From positions 4,941 through 68,940 of the forward strand of contig JBBSGZ010000001.1 in assembly GCA_038253555.1 (NCBI GenBank): a DNA stretch of 64,000 nucleotides. The letters run 5' to 3'. Positions 1-9,642 of the stretch are shown one piece after another (the stretch's first letter is position 1; every line of letters begins with the position of its first letter). Both the position numbers and the translations under genes were made by a program. The stretch is from Thermoanaerobaculia bacterium. GTDB lineage: Bacteria > Acidobacteriota > Thermoanaerobaculia > UBA5066 > Gp7-AA6. The notes under the pieces are model-generated. The model saw nothing but the letters and a program-made list of their open reading frames with translations, made no database searches and was not told where the DNA came from.

Positions 1-106
1 TCGCCGACTCCGTGGTGGTGGGGGGCTTCTTCTTGCAGGCCGCAAACGGCAGCATCGCCCCGACGACGAACATCACCGCGATGGGCTTCGACCAGTTCCT
101 CTTCAT
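1..106 (-). CDS. pal: Peptidoglycan-associated lipoprotein (Pal-like), N-terminal fragment running off the left edge
   Basis: The reverse strand from the ATG (cat at 104-106) reads MKRNWSKPIAVMFVVGAMLPFAACKKKPP, a lipoprotein signal with lipobox FAAC. An AAGGAG sits 6 nt upstream. The gene lies directly downstream of tolB. Identity rests on synteny; only 35 aa are visible. Confidence 0.5.
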   Translation of the reverse strand, partial: MKRNWSKPIAVMFVVGAMLPFAACKKKPPTTTESA

Positions 107-189
107 TCCCGTCTCCTTGTTCTTAAAAGCGGCCCGCGCTGCGAAAACGCGCGAGCCTCGAATTATAACAATACGAAGCGCTTACGTGC

Positions 190-1518
190 TCAGGGCAGCC
201 ACACCGGTTGCATGTTGGATCCGCCGCCGCTGGTCAACTGTCTCTTGTTCTTCCCGTCGGCGGCGTTCATCGTGTAAATCTGGGTGGAGCCTGCCCGGCG
301 CGCCTGGTAAACGATCTTCGTTCCGTCGGGGGACCAGGCCGGGTGTCCGTTGGCGCCGTCGGACGTCAGCTGGACGGTGTTGCCGGTCGCGAAATCTATG
401 ACGCAGATGTTGAAGTCGCCCTCGTTGCGGCAGGCGAACGCGATCTTGTCGCCCTGCGGAGACCACGCACCCTCGTCGTTCCAGTTTCCCGCAAAGGTCA
501 TGCGGCGGGCCCCGGTGCCCTCGGCATCCATCACCCAGATCTGAGGGGTCCCCGTCTGGTCGGACGTATAAAGAATCTGCCGCCCGGTCGGCGACCAGTC
601 GGGGGAAGCCTCGAGCGCGCGCGTGCTCGTCAGGCGCCGCACCCCGCCCCCGGACGCGCTCATCACGTAGATGTCCGCGTTCCCCCTGGCCGATCCGGAA
701 AATGCGATCGACGCCCCGTCCGGCGAAAGCGCCGGTGAAGCGTTCAACTCGAGGCCCGAGGACAACTCCCGCTGGCCGCTCCCGTCGGGGCCCATGATCC
801 AGATTTGCGGGTACCGGTGAACGTAACTCGTGAAGACGACTTTTCCGCCGTGGAAGTCGGGGTTCAGGATCAGGGAGTGATGGTTCGTCAGCCGGCGGGG
901 ATTGCGGCCGTCGAAATCCATCGCGTAGATCTCCTTCGTGCGGGCGCCGTCCCGGTCCGACACGAACAGGATCGTGGAGAGGAACGTCCCGGCGTGGCCG
1001 GTGAACTCCTTGATCAGGTCGTTGGCGACCGTGTGCGCGATCCGCTCGACGTAGGTCGCCCCGCCGGAGTAGCGCCGCCCGAAGATGAGCTTGCGGGACT
1101 TCAGGTCCCACACCCGCGCCTCGACAGAGACCCGGTCTCCCGCAACGTCTCCCCGCGTGTCGACCAGGACTTCGGCGCCCGTCGCGAGCCAGCGGCCGGC
1201 GGCTTCGCTCGTCGCGACGTCGCGCGAGCCGGCCGGGTCCGTCCGCGCTTCGGTGACGACGAACGCATTCGAGTACTCGAGGTCCGAGCGCAGCGTCGCG
1301 GTGAACGGCTCGGAGACCCGCGACTGGAGCGCCGCGACGCCGGGCGCTGAGAGCGGAGGGACGGCGAGCGACATCTTCCGGCCGGTCGGGCCGGTGATCA
1401 CGATGACCCCCCCCTCCGTCCGGGGCGCCGTCGGAGTCGTCTGCGCGGCCGCGGCGGCCGCCATCGCAGTGAAAAGCAGGCACGGCGCCCACGCACGGAG
1501 CGCGAGAGGTCGGCTCAT
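190..1518 (-). CDS. tolB: Tol-Pal system beta-propeller protein TolB
   Basis: 442-aa ORF with a signal peptide and repeated propeller blades (SPDWSPTGRQILYTSD, AWSPQGDKIAF, AWSPDGTKIVY). It lies in the tolQ-tolR-tolA-tolB-pal order. Confidence 0.93.
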   Translation of the reverse strand: MSRPLALRAWAPCLLFTAMAAAAAAQTTPTAPRTEGGVIVITGPTGRKMSLAVPPLSAPGVAALQSRVSEPFTATLRSDLEYSNAFVVTEARTDPAGSRDVATSEAAGRWLATGAEVLVDTRGDVAGDRVSVEARVWDLKSRKLIFGRRYSGGATYVERIAHTVANDLIKEFTGHAGTFLSTILFVSDRDGARTKEIYAMDFDGRNPRRLTNHHSLILNPDFHGGKVVFTSYVHRYPQIWIMGPDGSGQRELSSGLELNASPALSPDGASIAFSGSARGNADIYVMSASGGGVRRLTSTRALEASPDWSPTGRQILYTSDQTGTPQIWVMDAEGTGARRMTFAGNWNDEGAWSPQGDKIAFACRNEGDFNICVIDFATGNTVQLTSDGANGHPAWSPDGTKIVYQARRAGSTQIYTMNAADGKNKRQLTSGGGSNMQPVWLP

Positions 1519-2291
1519 TCGAAGAGCACCGACAGGCCCACTCGGCTCGACTGAAACTCGGAAGGGAGGGGCGGGAGAGGCGATGAGGCGAGGACCGCCC
1601 GGAGAGCGGCGCGGTCCACGAAGGGAAGGCCGCTCGACGTGACGATGTCCGCGTCCGAGATCGTTCCGTCCCGCTGAATCGTGAAATGGATGACGGGAGA
1701 GGTCGGAATGCTCGTGGCCGGTTTGAACCAGTTCGTCTCGATCGCGATCTTCACCCGCTCGTAGTAATAAGGGTAGTTGAATCCAGGCTGGTCGAAGGTC
1801 AGCCCGCCCACCCCCGCGCCGGCTCCCGTGCCGCTGCCGGACCCCGTCCCCGCCGCTGACGTCGACGGGACGGACGGCGCGCCCGACGCCGGATGCCCGG
1901 ATGTCGGAACGTGCGGCTTCCCCTTCGGGTCGCTGAACGCCGGCAGCGGCGGGTTCTTCTTCGGCTCCTCGCGCGCGGGAAGGAGCTTCGCTTTCTCCGA
2001 AGGCGGAGGAGGCACCTCGTCCGGGGGTTTCAGGATTTTCGGCCTCTCGGGCTCCGCGGCCGCGGGAACCGGGGCGGCCGCGAGATCGACCGCGTGGCCG
2101 CGCAGCGATCCGGCTGACTGGAGACGGACGGCGAGGGTGCGTCCCGGCACGAACCGCTTAGGGGACGAAAGCGAAGAGGCGAGAAGCGCGGCGCCCACGC
2201 CGGCGTGCAGGAGGATGGCGAGGGAACCGCCCGTCGCCCAGGGAAAGTTTTCGTGCTGGCGCTCCGCGAGGATCTGACCGACGGCGTCCAT
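1515..2291 (-). CDS. TolA/TonB-family energy transducer
   Basis: N-terminal TM helix, Pro/Lys-rich linker and a TonB-C-like end (FNYPYYYERVKIAIETNWFKP ... VIHFTIQRDGTISD). It sits between tolR and tolB and has a 4-nt overlap with tolB. Confidence 0.75.
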   Translation of the reverse strand: MDAVGQILAERQHENFPWATGGSLAILLHAGVGAALLASSLSSPKRFVPGRTLAVRLQSAGSLRGHAVDLAAAPVPAAAEPERPKILKPPDEVPPPPSEKAKLLPAREEPKKNPPLPAFSDPKGKPHVPTSGHPASGAPSVPSTSAAGTGSGSGTGAGAGVGGLTFDQPGFNYPYYYERVKIAIETNWFKPATSIPTSPVIHFTIQRDGTISDADIVTSSGLPFVDRAALRAVLASSPLPPLPSEFQSSRVGLSVLFE

Positions 2292-2293
2292 CC

Positions 2294-2728
2294 TTACTTG
2301 TACGTTTTCCGGGTGACCGGCGTCTCGGTAATCATCCCGAGATTCTCGATTCCCATGCGATTTAAGACATCGAGGGTCTCGACGACCGTGCCGTACGAGA
2401 GGGCGCGGTCCGCCTTCAGGAAAACCGTACGGTCTTTTCGCGATTTCAGAAATGCACCGAGCCGATCTTTAAGCAAGCCACGGGCCACGGGTGTCTCGTT
2501 GATGTAGTAGAGGCCATCCCGAGTGATCGAAAGGATGATCGGGTCCTGGATGCTGGAGGGTAGATTCGTCGTCGCGGTCTTGGGAAGCGCCACCGCGACG
2601 CCCTGGTGGAGCATCGGGGCGGTCACCATGAAGATGATCAGAAGGACGAGCATGACGTCCACCAGCGGCGTGACGTTAATGTCCGCGAGGTGGTCGTAGG
2701 GGTCTTCGGTCGTTCGGTGGAAAGCCAT
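2294..2728 (-). CDS. tolR: Biopolymer transport protein TolR/ExbD
   Basis: 144 aa carrying the ExbD signature INVTPLVDVMLVLLIIFMVTAP. Confidence 0.88.
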   Translation of the reverse strand: MAFHRTTEDPYDHLADINVTPLVDVMLVLLIIFMVTAPMLHQGVAVALPKTATTNLPSSIQDPIILSITRDGLYYINETPVARGLLKDRLGAFLKSRKDRTVFLKADRALSYGTVVETLDVLNRMGIENLGMITETPVTRKTYK

Positions 2729-2779
2729 GATCAGTCTGTCCGTCCGTCGGGGCGACAGTCACGAGGGCGCCGTCCCTTC

Positions 2780-3553
2780 CTACGTGAAGTTCCTCTCCGC
2801 GAGGTTGATGAATTCGAGCGCGAAATCCTCCATGCCGGAGCGCTGCTGCCGGACTTTGCCCATGAAGTAGTTGTAGAAGATGAGAGCGGGGATCGCCGCG
2901 GCGAGACCCGCGGCCGTGTTGACCAGCGCCTCCGAGATCCCCGGCGCCACGGCGGCGATGGATGTGGAGCCCGTCTGGCCGATCGCGCGGAACGACTGCA
3001 TGATTCCCCACACCGTCCCGAAGAGTCCGATGAAGGGACAGGCGGAGGCGGTCGTCGCGAGGAACGTCATGTAGCGCGTGAGCCGCGAGACCTCCACTCC
3101 GATCGCCCTCTCCAGGGCCCGCTCGACGCCGGCGATGTTCTTGATCAGGAGCTTGCCCCCCGCCGATCCCGCGGCCGTCACGGCCGGATCGTCTGGCCGG
3201 TTCGCCTTGACCTGCGCGTCGAGCTCCGCGTATCCCGCTTTGAAGAGAGTGGTCAGGGGGGAGTCGGTGAGCTCGGCCGAAATGGTGTTGACCTCGGAAA
3301 AGCGCTTGGATTTCCGGAAAAAGGCCACGAACTTGTCGGATTGCCCGCTCACCCGCCGCAGCCGCAGGAACTTTGCGAAGATGATCACCCACGAGATGAG
3401 CGAAAAGAGGAGCAGAATTCCGAGCACCACCTTCGCGGTGGGACCCGTTTCGCGGAAGAACACGAGGAGCGAGTCGCCGCCCGCCGGCAGATTGTCGGTG
3501 CGGACGGGCTGTGCGAGCTCCGCGATCATTGTTTCCGAACGTAACATACGCAC
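2780..3553 (-). CDS. tolQ: MotA/TolQ/ExbB proton channel protein
   Basis: Three TM segments and the conserved GLFGTVWGIM ... AVAPGISEALVNTAAGL region. The start is ambiguous among GTG 3553, ATG 3547 and ATG 3529. Confidence 0.9.
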   Translation of the reverse strand: MRMLRSETMIAELAQPVRTDNLPAGGDSLLVFFRETGPTAKVVLGILLLFSLISWVIIFAKFLRLRRVSGQSDKFVAFFRKSKRFSEVNTISAELTDSPLTTLFKAGYAELDAQVKANRPDDPAVTAAGSAGGKLLIKNIAGVERALERAIGVEVSRLTRYMTFLATTASACPFIGLFGTVWGIMQSFRAIGQTGSTSIAAVAPGISEALVNTAAGLAAAIPALIFYNYFMGKVRQQRSGMEDFALEFINLAERNFT

Positions 3554-3571
3554 TGGGAGGGGTCAAAGGGA

Positions 3572-5674
3572 ATGCGCTGCAGAACAAAGGCGGTTGTGAC
3601 GACCGTGAAGAAGTCCGCGCGCCGCGCCACCGGGTTCTCCGCGTCCGCGCGCCCCGTCGTCTTCGCCGCGATCGTCGCGACGCTCTGGACCTCGCCGCTC
3701 GCCGCCGCGACGGCTCCCCCCTCTCTCACAGCGGGAATCCCCGCTTCTCCGATCGAAACGCTCGGGGTCGACAAGATCGTCGCCGGGATGAAGGGCTACG
3801 GAGTTTCCGATCTGGGCGACGGGAAAGGGATCCAGCGGTTCGAGGTCCAGATCCTCGGCGTGATGAAGAGGTATGCGCCGCGCCAGGACCTGATCCTCGC
3901 GCGCGTCTCCGGCGCGGGTCTCGAGAGCTCTGGTGTCATAGCCGGGATGAGCGGGAGTCCGATCTACGTCGAAGGACGCCTGATCGGGGCGCTCGCTTAC
4001 GGCTGGCCTTTTTCGAAGGACGCCATCTGTGGAATCACGCCCATCCAGAGCATGCTCGATATCCGCCACGCCCCGGCTGGCCCGCCGGTGCCGATTGGCG
4101 GGTCCTCGCCGGGCGGGCAAGCCTCGGGCGCGCAAACCTCCGCTGCCGGACAGACCTCCGCTGCCGGACAGACCTCCGCTGCCGGACAGACCTCCGCTGC
4201 CGGACAGACCGCCGCTGCCGGACAGACCGCCGCGGCCTCAGGGGCCGATCGCTCGGACGCTTTCTCCGCCGGGCTCGGGGGAGGATCGGTCACGACGGCG
4301 GCGTTCGTGGAGGCCTTCTCCTCGGGCCACTTCCGGGAGCGGATGGACGATCTCGTCAAGCCTCTGCGCGCCGCGCCGGCCGACGGAATGGCCGCGCTGC
4401 CGATCCCCGTCTCGTTCTCCGGGGTCGGCGCAGGAGGAAAACTCTTCGACCGCGTCGCGGAGGCGGCGGGGTGGATGGCGGCGCCTTCCGGCGCGTCCGC
4501 ACGCCCCTCCGCCAGGACGGCCGCTGGAGCGGAATCCCCGGGCCTCTTTCCGGGCTCCGCGGTGGCGGCGCAGCTGCTGTCGGGAGACATGGACCTCGCC
4601 GCCACGGGAACGGTCACCTGGGTGGAGGGGAACTCCGTCCTCGCCTTCGGGCACCCCTTCCTCTCGATGGGGCCGGTCTCCATGCCGATGACACAGGCGG
4701 AAGTCCTGAGCGTTTTTCCGTCGCTTTACCGTTCTTTCAAGTTCGCGGCGACGGGGCCCGTCATCGGGTCCATCACCCAGGATCGATCGACCGGCATCCT
4801 GGGGACTTTCGGGACCCGTGCGCCCATGGTTCCGATCACCCTCAAGATCTCTTCCGACGCCGGGATCGCGCCGCAGACGTACCGTTTTGCCGCGGTGCAC
4901 AACTCCATGCTGACGCCGCTTCTCTCGGCCCTCGCGATCGACAACGTCGTGACGACTCTCGAAAAGCGAACGGGCGAGCGGACGCTCGTCTGGAAATCGG
5001 CGATCCGCACCCCCGGCCGCACGATCCGCTGGGACTCGGTCTTCTCCGGGCTGGCGGCGCGTGAAGAGGCGGTGAGCTCGCTGGCGGTTCTGACGAATTA
5101 CCTCATGGCCAACGAATTCCGGGACCTGACGATCCTCGGGATGGACGTCGAGATCTCCCACTCCGATCGCCTGCAGAGCGCCCGCGTCGTGCACGTGGAG
5201 GCCCAGAAGGCGCGCGTCCGGCCCGGTGAAGAGATCCCCGTCTGGGTCGATCTCGTGGACTTCCGGGGGAGCAGCCGCCGTGTCGTCATGATGCTCAAGG
5301 TCCCGGTGGACACTCCGCCGGGGACCTTGAACGTCTTCGTCGGCGACGGGTCTTCGGCGACGGCGTACGATCTCGCCGCCGTGCCCCCCGACCCGCAGTC
5401 GCTCGATCAAGCGCTCGATTTTCTGGCGCGCATCCGTCCCCCGAACAGCCTGAACCTGATTTCCTATCGCCGCGCCCCCGGCGCGATCGTCGGCGGCGAG
5501 GCGCTGCCTTCGCTTCCCCCGAGCGTCACCGCGATCCTGCGCGACCGCGGGCCGGGCGAGGCTTCGACGCCGGACCTCGCGTTCGTGAGGCTCCAGTCGG
5601 AGACGCTCGAGCAGCCCGTTCCGGTCACGGGGTCGGTGCGCCTGCACATCGACGTGGTCCCCAGAATCTGGTGA
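3572..5674 (+). CDS. Secreted peptidase S55 (SpoIVB-like) family protein with internal TSAAGQ repeat
   Basis: Signal-like N-terminus. The motif IAGMSGSPIYVEGRLIGALAYGW matches the SpoIVB/S55 catalytic serine region as I remember it. The long C-terminal domain is unassigned. Confidence 0.72.
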   Translation: MRCRTKAVVTTVKKSARRATGFSASARPVVFAAIVATLWTSPLAAATAPPSLTAGIPASPIETLGVDKIVAGMKGYGVSDLGDGKGIQRFEVQILGVMKRYAPRQDLILARVSGAGLESSGVIAGMSGSPIYVEGRLIGALAYGWPFSKDAICGITPIQSMLDIRHAPAGPPVPIGGSSPGGQASGAQTSAAGQTSAAGQTSAAGQTSAAGQTAAAGQTAAASGADRSDAFSAGLGGGSVTTAAFVEAFSSGHFRERMDDLVKPLRAAPADGMAALPIPVSFSGVGAGGKLFDRVAEAAGWMAAPSGASARPSARTAAGAESPGLFPGSAVAAQLLSGDMDLAATGTVTWVEGNSVLAFGHPFLSMGPVSMPMTQAEVLSVFPSLYRSFKFAATGPVIGSITQDRSTGILGTFGTRAPMVPITLKISSDAGIAPQTYRFAAVHNSMLTPLLSALAIDNVVTTLEKRTGERTLVWKSAIRTPGRTIRWDSVFSGLAAREEAVSSLAVLTNYLMANEFRDLTILGMDVEISHSDRLQSARVVHVEAQKARVRPGEEIPVWVDLVDFRGSSRRVVMMLKVPVDTPPGTLNVFVGDGSSATAYDLAAVPPDPQSLDQALDFLARIRPPNSLNLISYRRAPGAIVGGEALPSLPPSVTAILRDRGPGEASTPDLAFVRLQSETLEQPVPVTGSVRLHIDVVPRIW
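4136..4237 (+). repeat. In-frame 18-bp tandem repeat (acctccgctgccggacag), about 5.6 copies, inside the S55 peptidase gene
   Basis: Four identical copies lie at 4136-4207, a fifth has one substitution (accgcc...), and a partial sixth follows. The repeat encodes (TSAAGQ)n. Confidence 0.95.
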
Positions 5675-5681
5675 GCCCGGC

Positions 5682-7868
5682 GTGAGACTGCGATTCCGGT
5701 TCGGCGCGATCGTGGTGTGCGCTCTCGCCGCCGGCGCGTCCAGCGCCTCCGGAGCGGCGACGCGGATCTGGGTTTCGGACTCGAGCTCCGACTTCTCGCT
5801 CGGAGAGGCCCGCGGGATCGCCGTGACGATCGACGGGTCCCTCGTCCTTTCCCGCGCGAGCCGGCGCGTGGACGGAATCTCGGAGGCGTCTCTGTTCTCG
5901 GTGATCTCCGGCGCCGACGGCACCTCCTACGTCGGCACGGGAGACTCGGGGCGGATTCTCCGCATCTCGACCGGGGGCAAGGCCGACACGCTCGCCACGC
6001 TGAACGAGAAGGAAGTGACGGCGCTGGCCGTCGGGCCCGACGGGGCGATCTACGCGGGCGGTTCGCCGGGAGGAAACGTCTACCGGATCGACGGCGGGAA
6101 GCCCACTCTCTATTACGCCTCGGGGGCGCGGTACGTCTGGGCGCTCGCCTTCGCGGAGGGCCGGCTGTACGTCGGCACGGGGCTTCCCGGAGAGATCCAC
6201 CGCGTTTCCGCCGCTCTCAAGGGGGAGCGCCTCCACGCCACCCCCGACGCCCACGTCCGGACTCTCCACACCGACTCCCGGCATCGGGTCTGGGCGGGGA
6301 CTTCCGGATCGGGACTCGTGCTTCGCGTCGATCCTTCCGGCGCGGTGTCGACCATGTACGACTCGGCCAAGTCGGAAGTGACCGCGATCACGTCGAGCGG
6401 CGACGGGCGCGTCTGGGTCGCCGCCGGGTCTTCCGACGCGTCCTCCTCCGGCTCGGAGCCGATCTCGACGCCCTCCCCCGCGCCCCCGGCGCCGACGACG
6501 AAGGCCGCGAGCGCGCGCGAGGGCGACGGCAAGGAGAAGGCGGAGGTGACCGTCTCCGTGTCCACGCCGCGCCTCGCGCCGCCGGCCTCCGGGTCTTCGA
6601 AGGCGGGTTACTCGTCGGAGGTGCTGCTGTTCGAAGAGGGGGAGCCTGCGAGGCCGGTCTGGACGAGCTCTTCGGAGCTGGTCTTTGGCCTGTCCGCAGA
6701 CGCGGATCCCGCCGCGGTTCTCGCCGCGACCGGGCCGAATGGAAAGCTGTATCGCGTGGCGATCGGTCGGTCCGCCCTGGAACGGACGTTCGACGAGAAA
6801 CAGGTGACGGCGATCGGTGGCGATGTCATCGGCACGAACTCCGCCACCGGCGTTTACCGACTCGCCTCCGGCGCGCGGACGGGCGAGTGGGTTTCCGCGG
6901 TGAAGGACACGGGCCGCACCAGCCGGTTCGGCGCCTTCCGCTGGGAGGGGGAAGCCCCGGCGGGGACCCGCATCGAGTTTGCGTTCCGTTCGGGAGAGTC
7001 CTCGGCGCCCGACAACACCTGGAGTACCTGGACGACCTTTTCCGAACGGCAGCATGCGGACCGGAATCCCTCGCCCCCCGCCCGGTACATGCAGATCAAG
7101 GTCAGGATGAGCTCGGACGGCGGGCGGTTGCCCGCCGTGCGGCGCATCGAAGCTTCTTACCGCAACCGCAACGCGGCCCCGGTTGTCGATACCCTGACGG
7201 CGCTCCCTCCCAACGAGGTGTACGCCCGATCCGCGTCCGGAGGCTCCAACGTCTTCGAGACGACCGCCCCCGACGAAAAGGGCATCTTCACGAGCCTCGA
7301 GGAACCGCGCGCGGAAGGAGCTCCCCGGCGCCTGCTGCGGAAGGGCTACCGGACCCTGACGTGGCGAGCCACGGACGCGGACTCCGACACGCTCTCCTAC
7401 GACATCGAGTTCCGGCCGCTCTCGTCCAGCCGCTGGATGATGCTGCGCCGGAACCTCAAGGAGACGTTTTATTCGTTCGACGCGACATCTCTCCCGGATG
7501 GCGACTACGTGTTCCGGCTGACCGCGTCGGACGCGGAGGCGAATCCGGAAGAAAAGAAGACCGGGGTTCGGGATTCTTCGCCGGTGCGGGTGGACAACAC
7601 GCCGCCCGTGATCCGGCGGCTTCCTTCGAGCGGTGCGACGTTCGAGTTCGAGGCCTCCGACGCCGCTTCGCCCATCCTGGAAGCGGAATACAGCATCGAC
7701 TCGAAGGAATGGGTGCGCGTCGAGCCGAAGGACGGGCTGTCCGACTCGATGCAGGAGTTCTACGCGATTCCGCTCGACGGGAAGGTCCGCGGGGGATTCC
7801 TGCTCATCCGTGTGACCGATACCTCCCGGAACGTCGCCGCGGCCAGCTTCTCGCTTTCCGAGAAATAG
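5682..7868 (+). CDS. Secreted hypothetical protein with beta-propeller-like repeats and a C-terminal Ig/Fn3-like region
   Basis: 728-aa ORF starting 8 nt after the S55 gene. It has a signal peptide (AAGASSASGA) and repeats such as VGPDGAIYAGG, RLYVGTG and RVWAGTSGSG. The C-terminal segment reads TLTWRATDADSDTLSYDIEF ... DGDYVFRLTASD. Confidence 0.65.
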   Translation: MRLRFRFGAIVVCALAAGASSASGAATRIWVSDSSSDFSLGEARGIAVTIDGSLVLSRASRRVDGISEASLFSVISGADGTSYVGTGDSGRILRISTGGKADTLATLNEKEVTALAVGPDGAIYAGGSPGGNVYRIDGGKPTLYYASGARYVWALAFAEGRLYVGTGLPGEIHRVSAALKGERLHATPDAHVRTLHTDSRHRVWAGTSGSGLVLRVDPSGAVSTMYDSAKSEVTAITSSGDGRVWVAAGSSDASSSGSEPISTPSPAPPAPTTKAASAREGDGKEKAEVTVSVSTPRLAPPASGSSKAGYSSEVLLFEEGEPARPVWTSSSELVFGLSADADPAAVLAATGPNGKLYRVAIGRSALERTFDEKQVTAIGGDVIGTNSATGVYRLASGARTGEWVSAVKDTGRTSRFGAFRWEGEAPAGTRIEFAFRSGESSAPDNTWSTWTTFSERQHADRNPSPPARYMQIKVRMSSDGGRLPAVRRIEASYRNRNAAPVVDTLTALPPNEVYARSASGGSNVFETTAPDEKGIFTSLEEPRAEGAPRRLLRKGYRTLTWRATDADSDTLSYDIEFRPLSSSRWMMLRRNLKETFYSFDATSLPDGDYVFRLTASDAEANPEEKKTGVRDSSPVRVDNTPPVIRRLPSSGATFEFEASDAASPILEAEYSIDSKEWVRVEPKDGLSDSMQEFYAIPLDGKVRGGFLLIRVTDTSRNVAAASFSLSEK

Positions 7869-7911
7869 CCGGTCAGGAGCGCGTCGCCTCCATAATGGGA
7901 GGATCGTGAAG

Positions 7912-9642
7912 ATGCGCCTCGCCGGGTCTCTGGCCCGGGTCTGTCTGGCCGCGCTTTTTCTGGCCCCGGCCTGCGGAGAGGGGAGGCGGAACGTTTCTCC
8001 CGCGCGCCCGGCCGTCAGAGTCGCCAGGCCCACTCGGGTCCCGGCGTCTCCGGCGCTCCTCGGGTACCTGGACGAGTCGGCTCTTCCGCCCCAGCGCGAG
8101 GGCGGCGTCCTCCGACGGCGGCTGATCGGAGACCCGGCAACGTTGAACGCCGTGATGCAGTCGGGCGCCCCCGAGCAGGAGGTGCTTCAGTACGTGTCGC
8201 GCAACATCCTCGACTTCGATTCGCGGATGCGGCTCGTCCCCGGCCTCGCGGAAAGCTATACGGTGTCGCCGGACGGGCGTTCCTTCACGTTCACGATCCG
8301 CAGCGAGGCGCGATGGGAGGACGGCGTTCCGGTCTCCGCGGCCGACGCGGTCTTCACGATCCGCTCGATCGTCGACCCGAAGGTTCCCTCTCCCGTCTTC
8401 AAGTCCGTCTTCGACGGCCTCCTCTCGGTGGAAGCCTCCGGCGAGCGCTCCTTCACGGCGCGTTTCAGGGAGCCCTCCGCGTACCAGGCGATGGCTTTCG
8501 TCCTCCCGGTTCTGCCGGCGCACCGGTTCTCCGGAGTCGACTTCCTGCACGCGCCGGACAACCGCGCCCCGCTCGCCAACGGCCCCTATCGGCTGGCCTC
8601 GTGGCGGGCTCAGGACGAGATCGTGCTGGAGCGCAATCCCCGGGCGTGGGGCGCGCGGGGCCACTTCGATCGCGTCGTGTTCAAGGTGCTGCCGGAAGAC
8701 GCCGTCAGCTATCGTGCCCTGGTCGGCGGAACCGTCGACGAGACGCGGCTCGATACCTCCGGGAAGGAGCGCGCGCGCTCCGACCGCGCGTTTGCCGTCT
8801 GCTGCCGTTTGGTCGAGTACTACGATCTCGGCTGGAACTACATCGCGCTCAACAACAAATCGCCGCTCTTCTCCGACCCGTCGGTCCGGCGCGCGCTGAC
8901 GATGCTTCTAGACCGGGCCGGCATCGTCCGCGGCCTCTTCCGCGGGTCGGCGCGCATCCTGTCCGGGCCGTGGGCGCCGGATTCCCCGGCGTACGACCCA
9001 TCCGTCCCTCCGCTGCCATTTAACCCCCGCGCGGCGGCCGCGCTGCTCGACGCGGCCGGCTGGCGGGACAGCAACGGGGACGGAACACGCGACCGCGAGG
9101 GCCGCGACTTCGCCTTCGACCTCCTGGTCTCCTCGGGAACGACCACGGGCCGGCAGATCGATGAGACGTTCGTCGCGGAGCTCGCCCGCGCGGGAATCCG
9201 CGCGCGCATCCGCTCGCTCGAGTGGGCCTCCTTCACGGAGCGGGTCGACTCGGGAAATTTCGAGGCCGCCTCGCTCGCGTGGTCGGCGTCCGACCCCAAC
9301 CCGGACCCCTATCCCTACTGGCATTCCTCGCAGTCTCCCCCGCAGGGTTTGAACAGCCAGTTCTACCGGAACCCCCAGGCGGACCGGCTGATGGAGTCGG
9401 CGCGCCGGGAACAGAATGGGGAACGCCGGCTCGCGATTTACCACCGCCTCCACCAGATCTTCCGAGACGATGCGCCCGTCATCTTTGTCGCGACATCCTC
9501 GCAGAAATTCGGGTTCCGCAGCCGGGTGCGCGGCCTCGTCACGTCTCCGCTCGGCTTGTTCGGCATCTGGCCCGGGCCGATCGGCTGGTGGGACGCGGAG
9601 GGACAGGCCCCGCCCTCTCCGGCCGCCCGGAGCGGCCCGTGA
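7912..9642 (+). CDS. ABC transporter substrate-binding lipoprotein, family 5 (peptide/nickel, Opp/Dpp type)
   Basis: Lipobox LAPAC follows the signal peptide, and GGGAGG lies 7 nt upstream of ATG 7912. Family-5 SBP-like sequence runs throughout (e.g. YWHSSQSPPQGLNSQFYRNPQADRLM). Two permease genes follow. Confidence 0.85.
   Translation: MRLAGSLARVCLAALFLAPACGEGRRNVSPARPAVRVARPTRVPASPALLGYLDESALPPQREGGVLRRRLIGDPATLNAVMQSGAPEQEVLQYVSRNILDFDSRMRLVPGLAESYTVSPDGRSFTFTIRSEARWEDGVPVSAADAVFTIRSIVDPKVPSPVFKSVFDGLLSVEASGERSFTARFREPSAYQAMAFVLPVLPAHRFSGVDFLHAPDNRAPLANGPYRLASWRAQDEIVLERNPRAWGARGHFDRVVFKVLPEDAVSYRALVGGTVDETRLDTSGKERARSDRAFAVCCRLVEYYDLGWNYIALNNKSPLFSDPSVRRALTMLLDRAGIVRGLFRGSARILSGPWAPDSPAYDPSVPPLPFNPRAAAALLDAAGWRDSNGDGTRDREGRDFAFDLLVSSGTTTGRQIDETFVAELARAGIRARIRSLEWASFTERVDSGNFEAASLAWSASDPNPDPYPYWHSSQSPPQGLNSQFYRNPQADRLMESARREQNGERRLAIYHRLHQIFRDDAPVIFVATSSQKFGFRSRVRGLVTSPLGLFGIWPGPIGWWDAEGQAPPSPAARSGP

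Noticed and set aside
12-401. 129-aa plus-strand ORF at the left edge
   Set aside because: It overlaps the tolB 3' end and the pal 5' end on the opposite strand, and its translation is low-complexity. The minus-strand reading gives a clean lipoprotein signal with an RBS.
4136-4237. Possible CRISPR array (regular short repeats)
   Set aside because: The units are directly adjacent with no spacers, are only 18 bp, and are in frame within a coding sequence. This is a coding tandem repeat, not CRISPR.
5625-8033. 802-aa ORF on the minus strand, with similar giants at 4238-5923(-), 24419-25882(-), 28533-30323(-), 40219-42507(+), 36324-37619(-) and 60040-61527(-)
   Set aside because: All are antisense or out of frame to genes with clear family motifs. 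Their translations are Arg/Gly/Pro/Ala-rich low-complexity strings typical of stop-poor alternative frames in high-GC DNA. None carries a motif I recognise.
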